This document shows, piece after piece, positions 1 to 12,400 of a stretch of 64,000 nt of DNA. The notes beneath the pieces are model-generated. The model searched no databases, was not told the DNA's origin, and saw nothing but the letters and a program-made list of their open reading frames with translations. Origin of the DNA: Kudoa neothunni (lineage: Eukaryota > Animalia > Cnidaria); the NCBI GenBank assembly GCA_964304625.1, contig OZ199840.1, positions 8,767,487 to 8,831,486 of the forward strand, given 5' to 3'. The position numbers and the translations under genes are program-made. Each line of letters starts with the position of its first letter. Position 1 is the stretch's first letter.

Positions 1-487
1 TATAAAATACCATACCGCATTTACTCATAGAGACTATAACGGATATGTTCCTTGTTCTAACGCCTCCAACAGGAACGTGAGCTGATGTACCAGCAAGGGA
101 ACGACCTTTTCTAGTTTGTGTAGATACACTAAACCCAACTTCATCGATAAAAGTGAAATTTTTATCTTCAGTCTCAAGAATTTTGAGCATACACAATTCC
201 TTCGCTCGGGGACAATTATAACTATTTTTAACGAATAGTGGAATTGTTTCAAGAATCTGTTAATAATGCTTGCACTTACGTTTACTCCACATTCGTCAAT
301 TAATCGCCACCCCGCTTAAAGATTCGTCCTTTACGTCAATTAGGTAGGCTTTTACAATTGAAGCAACGGTGCATCGATGTACACCGACGTTTTCTGCAAT
401 TATAGAGTCGCTATATTTTTTCTCACATTGGTTAATAATCATTGACCTTGTGACATTTGAGATTGTCTGTCTCGTTTTTATTTCATA
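1..487 (-). pseudogene. Tc1/IS630-family transposase relic (runs off the window edge)
   Basis: Minus-strand fragments read IAENVGVHRCTVASIVK (HTH) and TFIDEVGFS...KGRSLAG...RTRNISVIVSMS (first DDE Asp and the N.SVI motif), broken by stops and frameshifts. Confidence 0.65.
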
Positions 488-937
488 AATATTATAAAAT
501 CAACTATGTTATACATTATTACCACTCGTTTGATATTTTCTGAATTCTCTACCTAATTAGATTCCAAATTTAGACACGTGTTGTTAAAGCTCGAAAAACA
601 CTATAACCTTATCATGCCAAATGTCCACCCTAGTATCCAAAAAATTAAACATCCCCATAAATATACACGTAAAATTTATTTTGATAATTTGTTGAATTAT
701 TACATGATTTAAAAGTTAAATATTTGTTTTCATTAATAACCGATTATGCAAACTAAGAGATCTAGCATTTATAGTAAGTTTATTTGTAATCCTTACATCA
801 ATCCAAATCAATAAGGAATACGAGAAATTCAAAGTTATGAAACTTTAAAATGTGGTTCAATGCGCTAAATTTCGTATGATTTATAACAACCTATCAAAAG
901 ATAATGATTAGTCAACGCGTGGATCTCCAACTTTGAA

Positions 938-1489
938 TGCCTGGACAATATAGCATAGTGGTGTTAGGTCGAGATCGCATACCATGAGGTTGCGAGTTCG
1001 AAGCCTACGTCCAGGTGTTCCAAATCGGAAATTAAGTAGGAAGGCTGTGGTAATCGCAAAGATCTATGATTTATCGTGACCTTGCTTGTAGTTGTAGCTG
1101 GGAGAGCGTGGCGGAAGGGTGGGTAGATCTTGGGTGCTCATAAACGCCGGGGTAAAGAAACGAAATACAACGCAGTAGGTGTAGGTGAAGGTGAAGATGA
1201 AGGTGTGTGTAGGTGTAGGGGGTTTCCGTAGAGCCGACCGACGCCCACATTCAGACGACTTTTCCAGACTAATTCTGGGTTAGTCCAGAGTATGGTTGGG
1301 GTGGTCATTGATTATTGATTGCTACGAAACGAGGATGTTTAGTGGTTAAAATCCCACACTACCGCATACACGTAAAGTCGCCTTAATATGACGCTGCGGT
1401 GCCTAAAGCGTAAATGGAGAAGGTCTAACCGGCCCAACCTTCACAACCTAACACGTTGCACCACGGTTTTGACCTTGTAAACAAAAAAA
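938..1489 (+). mobile_element. tRNA-derived SINE inserted in a piggyBac relic
   Basis: A-box TAGCATAGTGG (951-961), B-box GAGTTCGAAGC (994-1004), acceptor-like stem GCCTGGAC/GTCCAGGT, GC-rich body with (GTAGGT)-like repeats, A-rich tail. Imperfect TSD tccaactttgaa (926-937) / tccgacttttgaa (1490-1502). Confidence 0.75.
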
Positions 1490-1502
1490 TCCGACTTTTG
1501 AA

Positions 1503-2181
1503 CACATGGATCACGATTTGGTTTTTAAATGTTCAAGAGCGAAATACGACAACTGAAAATAATCATGATTGACATTCCATGTCCTGCAGTTTTACACGAA
1601 TATAACCAAAATATGGAGGAGTTGAGTCTTCAGATATACTCGTATCGCTTTATGTAATGAAACATTAATGTAAGAAATATTACATGCAAATTTTCTTTTG
1701 GACCCTCAATACATGTATTATAAATGCGTGGTTATTATATAAACGAAATTGTAACATTCGAAAAGTTCCTAAGAAAGATAAACTGGACTTGATGAATTTT
1801 TCATTGAAAATAAGTGAAAGTCTTCGTTATTACCAAATAGCAAGTGCTCCCAAAAAACGTGGTAGACAGTCTCTTAACAATTTTTTGGTAAAAATCGATG
1901 ATAAATTTGAAAGATAGAAATTATTTTTCAAGTTATCATAGCCAAGTATGTAACGAATTTTCGAATTCATTTTGTTTTTTTTGTGCACAACTCACTGCGC
2001 AAAATCGTTGTTTTACCACCGATGCCAAACTTCCACCTCAGTACCCACATTAAAAAACGGCTGAAATTTTACGTTTCATTAATTTTGATCATAATAAAAT
2101 TAATAAATTTAGTATAGTGAGTGCCTGTAATATATTTTAAAAAAATCATGGAAGGAAATACAAAAATTGAATTCGAAAGGG
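1503..2181 (+). mobile_element. piggyBac (PGBD-like) transposase 3' relic with right terminus
   Basis: IPCPAVLHEYNQN/GGVE..D and ORF 1684-1917 QIFFWTLNTCIINAWLLYKR match the piggyBac C-terminal motifs. The element ends AAAGGG followed by TTAA (2182-2185). Confidence 0.75.
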
Positions 2182-2974
2182 TTAAAATATTTTATTAGGG
2201 GTATCTAACATTGCGTACTAAATGAAGCTATAAATAAGTCAACCTATTTTATAATTATCTGAAAGTAAAAAAATGAATAGAGAATATAATCGATTTAAAA
2301 GTGAGATAAATTGACTCATTATTTTTCTAAATCAAATGGCAGTGAATTTTTAATCATATAATTAATTTGAATTAAGCAGAATTTTTTGGAGAAAATATTA
2401 AAAAATAATCAAACACTATAGCCGATAAATCAGCATGCGTGCGCCAATATTCTGCAATATTTGGTTAATCCAAAAATTTTCTTTAGTATTTCACTTAAAT
2501 AACTTGGAAAATTTGTTTAATACTATTTAGAGTAATTAAATGAAAATAAAATGACATACGTTCCATTTTTATCTAGATGTAACTTTAAGGTAATTAATTA
2601 AATAATATATAGGGTCGTCTCTCGATTTAGCGCACCAAGCCGAGAAGCTCAAGTTAGTGCGTGATGAAAAAGGAGTGCGTAAAATAAAACTTCTGTAGAA
2701 TTTTCCTGAAATGACTAATGCATTGGTTTCAAATAATTCGTTATGGGTTGGACGATAAATTTACCTTTTAATATATTTTGAAATTAATCTTTATTAGTAG
2801 GCAAATTGAGTAAATCCCTAGAATCTACTTTCCTGAAAAAGCTTGGAAGTTTTTGCGATACGTGTATCAATTAGATGGTTGAATTTTCTCCCCCAATCTT
2901 ATTATGATATTAATTTTTTCACCGTATGCGAAAAATTTTTATTAAATGTAAGTTCTCAATAATTATGTAACACA

Positions 2975-3050
2975 TGGTTCGAACTGGGATTCGAACCTGC
3001 GTTATTAGCATTAAAAGGCGGCGGCGCGTTACCGCTCTGCTCTCGATTGG
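2975..3050 (-). pseudogene. Degenerate tRNA-like sequence (pseudo-tRNA or SINE head)
   Basis: Minus strand AATCGAGAGCAGAGCGGTAACGCG...GCAGGTTCGAATCCCAGTTCGAACCA has A-box and B-box/T-loop signatures, but the acceptor and anticodon stems do not pair. Confidence 0.55.
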
Positions 3051-6000
3051 GCGTACGTGATTGGTGGATTACAACCCTTATAATCCACATCTAGATCAAA
3101 ATCCATATGTTCCTCCTTTGAGAGTTTTTATTACTTTTGAATAGAACAATCGTTATTATGATAACACAACCAGTCTATATAGTTATAATAGTATCCGAGG
3201 CAGATCTTATTTTTACATCAAAAATCTTCATTGTTTCAAATTTAGCGTTTGATTTGTTTGTGCGCTACTTTTTGACAATATTTTATAATTTCAACTTTTG
3301 ATGCAAAAGTCATAATTTTCCTCGTTTTGGAGAAAATTCATTACGCTTGATCCATAATTGCGCAAGATACATAATATGCAGAAAACCTATTGTTATTCTA
3401 ATTTTTCTATATAATCATTATTCTATGTTTTACTGTGATATTAATACGACCCTTGTCATTGTACTTCCAAATATGGTTATATATTTTTAACAATTGAGCG
3501 GACATATATATGATTTAGATAAAAAATGTTATCTATTTGTTAATGAGAGAATTTGGCATTATATTCGAGGAATAATGAAATAATCTTCGTAAGGATTTTT
3601 CTTCACATGTATTTTATATACTGAAAATATCTTAATTTAATAGAAATGTTTTTATAATTGTTTGTATCTTATTACTGCCATTAATGTGTCATTTAGTTTT
3701 CAAAAAATGGATACGAACATAATGAAAAATATATATAAACTAAATCAAACATAATTACACTAAAAAACAATATTTTTAACAAAATTTTATATATTCAACT
3801 TGTTAAATATAAAAATTAGAAAAGGTGATCACGTGGATATTGTTTTACTCACAATAAGGAGAGTTCAAGATAATAAAATGAATATAAATATAAATAAGTT
3901 TTTTCAATATGATCAACTAGCAGGAACTACCCAGCTTTGCTTGGAAGTATTAAGCATTGAAAGATCTCTTTATAACATTCCAAAAAGATGTTAATACTTC
4001 AAATTGACTTATAAATATAGATGCAGTCAAACTAAAAAAATTTTCAAGCATTATATTTTAATGACTGGGAATATGAAATTTAAATTATGATAATTTATGT
4101 TCAGTGTAGTATTTGTTGTATTCCCGAATTATGTAAATCCTGTTAAAGTGGTATCTAGAAAGTTTTTTCCATGCTTTTTGGGGGCGGAAAAACAAAATAA
4201 AGAGATATAAGAAAAATATACGTAAATTGATTTCTATTACTCAAATTAATATCTCTTGGCTCGGCATAAACTTTAATGCATTCTTTCTCGAAAACACATA
4301 CAAATCGCGTCAATATCAACATAAATAATTCGAATAATAAGGTGAAGTAAGAGTGTAACCATCTGCATTGAATTTAATCACTGAAAGTTAAACTTAGAGG
4401 ACGATTTCAATGAAATTATAATACATGGTTCTTGTATTATAAAGTTTCAATCTATCTGATAATTGATTTCCTTACCAAATTGCAGTTAATAATTCAAACA
4501 TAGACTTATTGTCATATTTTAAACCATTAATGGAACTTTCAAAATATACTTCTCAAGTCATATACGTTTAAACTCCCTACAAAAGAAGTGTATACGCGCA
4601 GACCTCCAAATGTACACGCCAATATTATATAAAAAGTCAGATAGCAGCAGTTAATCAGCAATCAGCAGATCCTACCAAGGGGGTGTTAATCCGATTGATG
4701 AACTCAAGTAACCTGATAAACAAACTTTGAATCGACAAAACCACTATTTTCTAAACACTATTGGGAAATTTTGAAATGTAGAAACGATTTAAAGATTTTT
4801 TCCGACATTGTGATTTTTAAAAAATTTCATAAATGTCTCTCTTTTATGAAAAATTTTTGACTCGCATGCGTGCTGCAGACAAACACACTGTCACTGTCAC
4901 TTCAGCTTTGTATATATTGTAGATAGTAGATAACAATGTACGCATTGGTACTAGAGCAGCGGTCGGAAACCAATCTGACCGGAATTGCCAATTATTGATG
5001 ATGGGGGAAATTTTTCTACTTTGGGGCCGCACATTGAATATTGGCTCGAAAATCAAAGTATTTACCTTTGAAACCGTGAAAAATACATTCCAGAAAAATT
5101 TTGGTAAATTATCGAATTAGTCCATCTATGCATTTTTTTGTAACCAATTAACCCATTATTTTAATTAATGTTTTTTAACGAAGAAAGAAATAATAAAAAA
5201 TTATACACTTGAATTTTTCGGATTATTTCAAGTAATATTTAAAATTTATTTTCTATAATTTCAATAACCTCTAAACAGCAAATATACGATAAAAATCTGT
5301 TTTTGTGAATATTATCGTCAACACACACAAACAAAATTCCAACTATATAGTTTAATCTTTTACACTAGAAAGAATAACTTCTTTTCGAATGTATTTCATC
5401 AGTTTAATTATTTCTGCGACGTTTCATATGAGGTTTTCTCTGTGGTAACTCTAAAGAACGTTTAATATCACAAAAGAATTCTTTTAATGGATAACAACTA
5501 ATGAAAATGTATGCATAACTATTTTTATGTGAAAAAATTTGCAAACTGGAAGAACTATCAACATTTCCTTTATTCTAATTTAAAGGTTTAAAAAGTTGTG
5601 AATACAAATAAATAAATAAGATGTATTTTGTTTGATATTCGAGAAATTTATTTTTGAGGAGTTTTAGTTTAAGATTAACCCTTCTTTATTATGGAGAAAT
5701 TTTGATTAGTGATAAAAAATAATTTTTTAATTTAAAAACGTGGAAAAATTGAGGACATTTAAAGTTATTGAGACTCATTAATAATTGCAGAAGTATAGGA
5801 TTTTCTTTCGGTGAGGAATTCTTAACATTTATTCATTATCCAAATATTTCCATTAAAAAATGGTTTATGTCTAATGATAATTCAAAATTTGAATGTAATA
5901 ATGAGTTCACCGACCAGGAATTATGTAATTTCTTCTTGTGTCAACTTTAGATATTGTAGTTTATACAATTTACATAAGATGGGGAACCGCACTTATGACT

Positions 6001-6356
6001 TTAAAGAGCCACATGAGTCTCGCGAGTCGCAGGTTGCCGACTCATGTATTAGAGGATTCAAAATTACAAAATTGCCTGTTAAATCATATAGTCAGTTCAA
6101 ACTAACACGATTCTAGTTGAATTCTCGCTTAATTTAAGTCGTTTTAATCTTTGCTAGGACATTCCCAACGAATATAAGGTTACAATAATGACATCAACAA
6201 TAACACTATCTAACATTGCGAAATTAACGTTCCGATACCATGGGGATTTTGAGGCGGAGCGTTAAGCTTTTCAAAAGAGCCAAAGAGGATCAAGTACACG
6301 GGCCACACGGAAAATGTCGTGGAGGTTGGAAAACCGAAGATTGCCGCAATTGTCAT

Positions 6357-9300
6357 ATGGCAGAAGACGTTGGTGTAATGGATCGAAGTGGGGGGTGAAA
6401 CTCAGCAACCCCAACAAACCTCTTTTTTCCGAGAATTTATTCTCACCACTCTTAGAATGTTAGCCATATCGATGGCAGTGCGATACGTGGCTGGTTTATT
6501 CTTTCAGCCGGCTGCCAAACATTCTCAGCATCGTTCCAATTCCACTCAATACCTCCTTGGGTGAGATCTATCAAAATGGTGATAGATACGTAAATAAAAT
6601 TGATGTGGTGGGATTTGTCTAAATTACGATTGAAGGGCGTTTGGGTGTATTTGTTGGAATCGGATTACAATGGTAAAGCCCAAACAGCACCAGAGCCTTA
6701 TTTGGCATATACCATCGTTGTTTTATGGAGATTACTATGGTGGAACTCACAAAAATTCAACCTACACATTGAATTATTCCTTTGATGTTTCCCCAGGTAA
6801 TACCCCAATTTCACTAGCAACAAACATGTTGTGGTTCTCATAGAATCTAATGAGAAATGGAAGTGTAAGTCTATTGACATGTTTCCTTAAAAATGATAAC
6901 GCTGCTCCCGATTTCTCCAAAAATAAAGCCACGGTTGATGATCAAGTGTGCCAACTAAAACGTATGTTGTTATTTTGCGATTTCCTCGAATGCGGCGCGC
7001 AATTAAATTAACTGATGGCCAGATAAAGTTGGACTATCATTTTACTTATTTTTCCATACTAAAATCCCCTATACACGTACATCGAATAATTTTATTGATT
7101 AATCTTCCCAACTATTACAAATAAATTGCTACAATTCCTTAATAAGTTCATCTCATCATATTTGAATCATTATTTTAAATTATTGTTTAAATTTATACTC
7201 AAATATTTAATATTCAAACAGAGCGTGATCAAAATTTTAATTTTTTAGAGAACATGTGTTACACAATTCTATTAGTTGATAATATGAATTCGAACTAGGC
7301 TCTGTTTGCTACTTTATGTGATCATTTGGTATTGTCGTTGTGCCTTGCTAACTACTTTAAGTCGTAATGTGCGTGTTGCCATATCGTTAAATTTAATCTT
7401 TGTTAGCCCACAAAAGAAAAAATTGTCAGTGTCTACGTAAAAACTTTTCCAGCATTTGAAGTAAGTGGAATGTTTTTGACAATTTGTTCAATAAGTATGA
7501 AGAATTCGGTTTAATTTCTTTGTTAAAAAGTGAATTATTTTGCAAAAAAAATATTTTCCTTTCGACACAATCAACTCTGAAAAAAGCTTTGTGATAAAAT
7601 ATTCTTTTACATGTCGATCAGCCAAATAAAACGACATTAATTCCGTTTTTCGGTAGTAATGTATCTAAACTTGTGCTTGGTTGTACAAGTTCAAAGGGTC
7701 TCATTTCGTTTCGATTTTTATGCACACCTTCAGAAGCCCTAAATTCAATACTATGATTTACGGAGTCGTGAACACAACCTAAATGAGTTAAATTCTGATA
7801 AGCAGACCATTTGTCTGCCCACCGAGTTGAGCTTCTAATACAATTTTGGAATTATTATTTCTTCAACAATAGCTTGGTATTGTTCTCGGTAAGGATTTAC
7901 AAAAAATTCCATTCGAATCAATCCCGCACACGATCCAAACATCTTATTTGAAAATGACTTTCAAATAATGGTGTTTTCGTTTACAAATCTGAGGATCCTT
8001 CTAATTTGTACTACAATTACGCCAATACCATAAATATGAGACCTTTGAATGTTAAAATTCTCTGTGTAAATTTCATTTATATAGTTTTTCCAGTCACGTA
8101 TGGTTTCTTGTGACGATATTTTCGTTTGTTCCAATAACATATCATATGACACGAATGTTATCTCTACAAGATACATCAGGAAAAAATCATCTCTATATAA
8201 TAATGATTTGGGCGTCCTTAGAAAGATTCCTTTCCTAATTAAAATCTTTTCCTTGTATTGATAACAACGAAATGCTTAACCTTCCGTTATTTTTAACTTG
8301 TTTCAATGCATACATTGTGGCATTGGTCCAATCTTTCTTTTTAAAGAGGTGATTGATAATGTTGTAAATACGATAAATTTGGTTAAAGTATAGTTTTTCC
8401 CCGTTATTATCTAATCATATTTACTCTGATAAATATAGATATCGGCCGCAGAATATATAATTTAATTAAGGTTTCCATTAATGACGTTAACGTTTCATAA
8501 ACTATTATTGCTTTTATCACATGTACACCCACGATTCATTTTGTTTTGATTCACTAAATAATTATAAAACTTTCTATTTTGAGTTCATGTCGGCTTTTTA
8601 AATTATTCCATCTTTACTTTTGTCGTAATATCATAAAAACCTCATTTGATGTATGATCGTAGATGTATACCGTTTTAATAAACTTGTATGAAACGTTATA
8701 TTTGAGTTTATATAATTTTTAAATAACAATTTAAAGTGAAATTCTATAAATACTAGATACCTAAATACTCATGAATTTTCCCTCATTTTGGAAATTGTTT
8801 TCCGATTACATATCATTTAATATTTTTAAATGTTTAAATGTGTATAACACCGTCGATAAATCTTTAATATTAGGTAATTTTCGAAAGTAAATCGATTATA
8901 TAATTATGAAAATACAATGGAGCATTTAATACAGAGACATGTAATTTAACATAAAAGAACATTGGTTTCTTTAAAAATATTATTTAATAATTCAATTTTG
9001 GACTTCATAATCGACCGAAACCATTCTTCATGGAGATATTGAACCAAATTCTTAGTCGACATTCCTCTTCTTAATCGGAGAATTTTTGTTTTTAAACGGT
9101 GCCAGCAAGCTTCACTCGTATCGTGTGTGGGCCCCGTTTCTTACGTATTCCTTGGAGTGGTTTATTGCTATATCCCAATGATCCCAGATTATTGCAGGCT
9201 GCCCATTCGTCGCTGTAGATCGTTGAACCGGGAATTACTTCAGCCTGGATAATTTGGGTTAACGTCTCCCTATCGCGTCGCTTGACGAAAAAAGTAGCGA

Positions 9301-9406
9301 ATCTCTTACCTTTTTCGTCAACAGTGCAGAGTGCCAACTCAAATATCCATGGAACATCAACAAGATTCCCGTATCTTTCTCTCCGGTTTTCACCTATATT
9401 TAATAA

Positions 9407-9437
<31 letters not shown>

Positions 9438-12400
9438 AAGGATGATTTAATACGGGAATTTTCAAGATGTTTCGTCATCAGAAGAACAATATTTGCCCCT
9501 CACTCATATTCTCCGTAGCTACGCCATTGAAGCCATAATATTTAATCTATTTCAAATCAAAATTATAATCATTTGTTCTCTTCCCACGTAGAAGACTTTC
9601 ATCGATCTCCACAAGGTATCCTTTCCAAATCAATACATGGAATAAAAGATCGTGATTGCTCATTAATGCAAAAAACGAATCGTCATACATGAAACTAAGA
9701 ACTCCATTTTAGGCGGCACCGGGTAAGTTCAATCCATTTAAGACATGTCCCGTCACATTCAAGTTAAACGTTCGTATAAAAATATTTTATAATAAATTCG
9801 AACACTTCAAAATTAATATTTATTAAAATACAAAATAAACTTGATTTCTTCATATTTATCGAACAAAATCAAAGATTAATTGAATGTTTGGATAATGCAA
9901 AAAAAGACTAAGAGTACAACGATTGTTGTCGTTGAATTTTTTCACTTATTATTCTTTTATTTTATTATGAACAATTGTAAAAAAGGAAACAAGAATAAAC
10001 ATACGCAAAAAGGTGTTTTCCGGGTGCCACATACTTTACCATTACCCAAATTCCCTATCATGTATCACAGTTTCGTGAACATGATTGTAACCTAAGTGAG
10101 AGGGGGAGAGAGCGAGAGAGAATTATATGCCGACTATCCATCAGGGTTGGAGCATCTCTCTTATCAGTTTCCACCATAAAAACTCTACCTTCCTCATCCA
10201 CACCACCAACTATCCAAAGACTTTGGTTTCGGAGAATTCTGTCAACCCCAAATTTTCTCTTACAAATTTGACTTTCATCAATTTGTCATTCATACCAGGT
10301 CCTCCAACTTTATTCGGATGTAGTAGGAAATGACTCAACAGATCGCGAATATAGTTTGTCCAGTCTACAATCGTTGAATTTGAAGCAACTCGAAGTTCCT
10401 TCATTAGGAACGATTGTTCAATTGCTCCGGCATTCCATAAATACAATAATTTAAGGAACTGGTGTAAAGAACGTCGAGATTGGTAAAAGAATGTATCTTT
10501 CCGCAGCGATTATTCAGCTCTGCATGTTTTTAAAAACAGAGAAAACTGTATCCGTAAGCACATTTGTTTCTAGCTGAAAGTTTCATTATGCCTCCACATA
10601 TACAATTACTTGATTTAGGAAGAAAACTAAAGTTCCGGAAGAAATCTATTAAATCTTCTTGTTTTGATCTGAAGTAACAGGTATCCTCAAAGTTTATCTA
10701 GATTGTCGATATTTTCAAAAGAATATATCAGGAAGCATGTCGCAAAGTATACCGAAAGGGGGAGGAATTGTACTTTACCCAGAAATTTTTTGTCATTTTT
10801 AAATCTAAAAACATCTTTTGGGAGCAAATACTCAGTAATCAAGGAAGATAAATACATATTTCCGCGCTATTCGTGAACAATAAATGCAAACGTCGAAAAA
10901 CGTCCTTACACCGTATTTCAGACTATTTTTAAAGAATAAGTTTTGGGTTAACTGTAAAGAATTCGAAACTAGGTCATCCATCGTTAACCATAAGTCGTTG
11001 TAACGTCTCATGCGGCATGTGCATCCAATTTTTCGTTGTATATTTTATTTGTTTCGATTGTTTACAAATATAAACTATTCTATTTTTGGTAATGGGGAGC
11101 AGTCAGTTCACCGCGTTGCGCATGTTTGAAACTCCCGATTTTTCGTATATCAACATATTACATTTTTTAAAAATTCATATTTCAACGTATTTTCGAATAT
11201 CCGGCTTTGGGTACCTGAAAAAAATAATAAGAGTGCTAATAATCATCTGGATTTATACGATTTAATTTAGTGTGAATTCGCATCAGGGTTTCTAGGTTAA
11301 AATTTGGATCGATAAAGGTTTAAGCGAATAAAAATTTTTCAATTATTTATATTTAGTTTATATTTTTTTGCATTTTAATTCGAAGATAAATATTAAATAT
11401 CGCAATAATATATATTAAATTTTACGAAAACATTACATATACCTGAACAACATTGTATTACCTTTCAATTTATTACTTATACAAGTAAATTTTTATTTTT
11501 AAGTATAGTTCATAAATTTCATTACATCAGGTCGGTCTGTATAAACACAGCGAAAGATTTTTACCAAACATTTTTTTATCGAATAATTTTCATATCAATA
11601 AAAATTGGGATGGATTTCAATATTTATTATAAACTTTTAAATATATTTTATCTAAATGATCAAAATTTTGTAGGCGGAATATGAAATGGCGTAATTAAAT
11701 GATGGTTTACTTCTAACTTTATTTTCGTACGAATCGTTCAATGATTAAAACCACACACGATTAAACATTAGTAGTTAAAAATATATTAAAATCCACCATT
11801 TTATAAAACGAGTGTCAAGGTGTCATGTCGTGGAAAAAATCATGATCAAAACTAATCTTATTGAATAAAGTATCAGTTATTCTAATGATTTCCGCATATA
11901 TTTGATATTTCGGTTAGTATGTAATCAAAAAACGACTAGCAGTCATTATATCTGGACCGTAACCATTCTTCTTAATATCTTTGTTTTCAGATGGTGTCAT
12001 ATCACCTCAACTAAATAGGTATGATAGCCTTAGTTGGTTACGTATTCACGGGAGTGATTAATCGTTACGTGGTCGTAGCCGTAGATACCATGAGTGTGAT
12101 AGGCCTTCACTCATCGATAAATATTTTGGCATCGAGCTCAACCTCTTACAGTATAAGCGATGTAAGAGTACGTTTGCTTCTTCGTTCCACTATGAAGAAC
12201 CTGCATTCAAGCAGCGTACGCCAACCATCGTTATTGACGAAACATTCGCATATTCCTACTACCCATGGGTCAATTATGCGATTTTTATTTGGTCTGTTTT
12301 CTTTCTTTTTTTAATTCTGATAGCCCCAAAGGGTTAATGTAATATTCTAAAATCAAAGTAATATTATTATTCATAAAATATTAATAAATGATGTAGCGTA

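Noticed and set aside
1370-1430. Twister- or hammerhead-like ribozyme in the SINE
   Set aside because: Catalytic core consensus could not be matched by eye; left to an Infernal search.
2975-3050. Functional tRNA gene
   Set aside because: Acceptor and anticodon stems do not pair; kept only as tRNA-like.
6200-6900. GC-richer block first read as a retroelement or chromodomain on the minus strand
   Set aside because: Explained by the 5' exons of CLPTM1 on the plus strand.
12021-12314. 97-aa plus-strand ORF
   Set aside because: Antisense shadow of a Merlin transposase relic.
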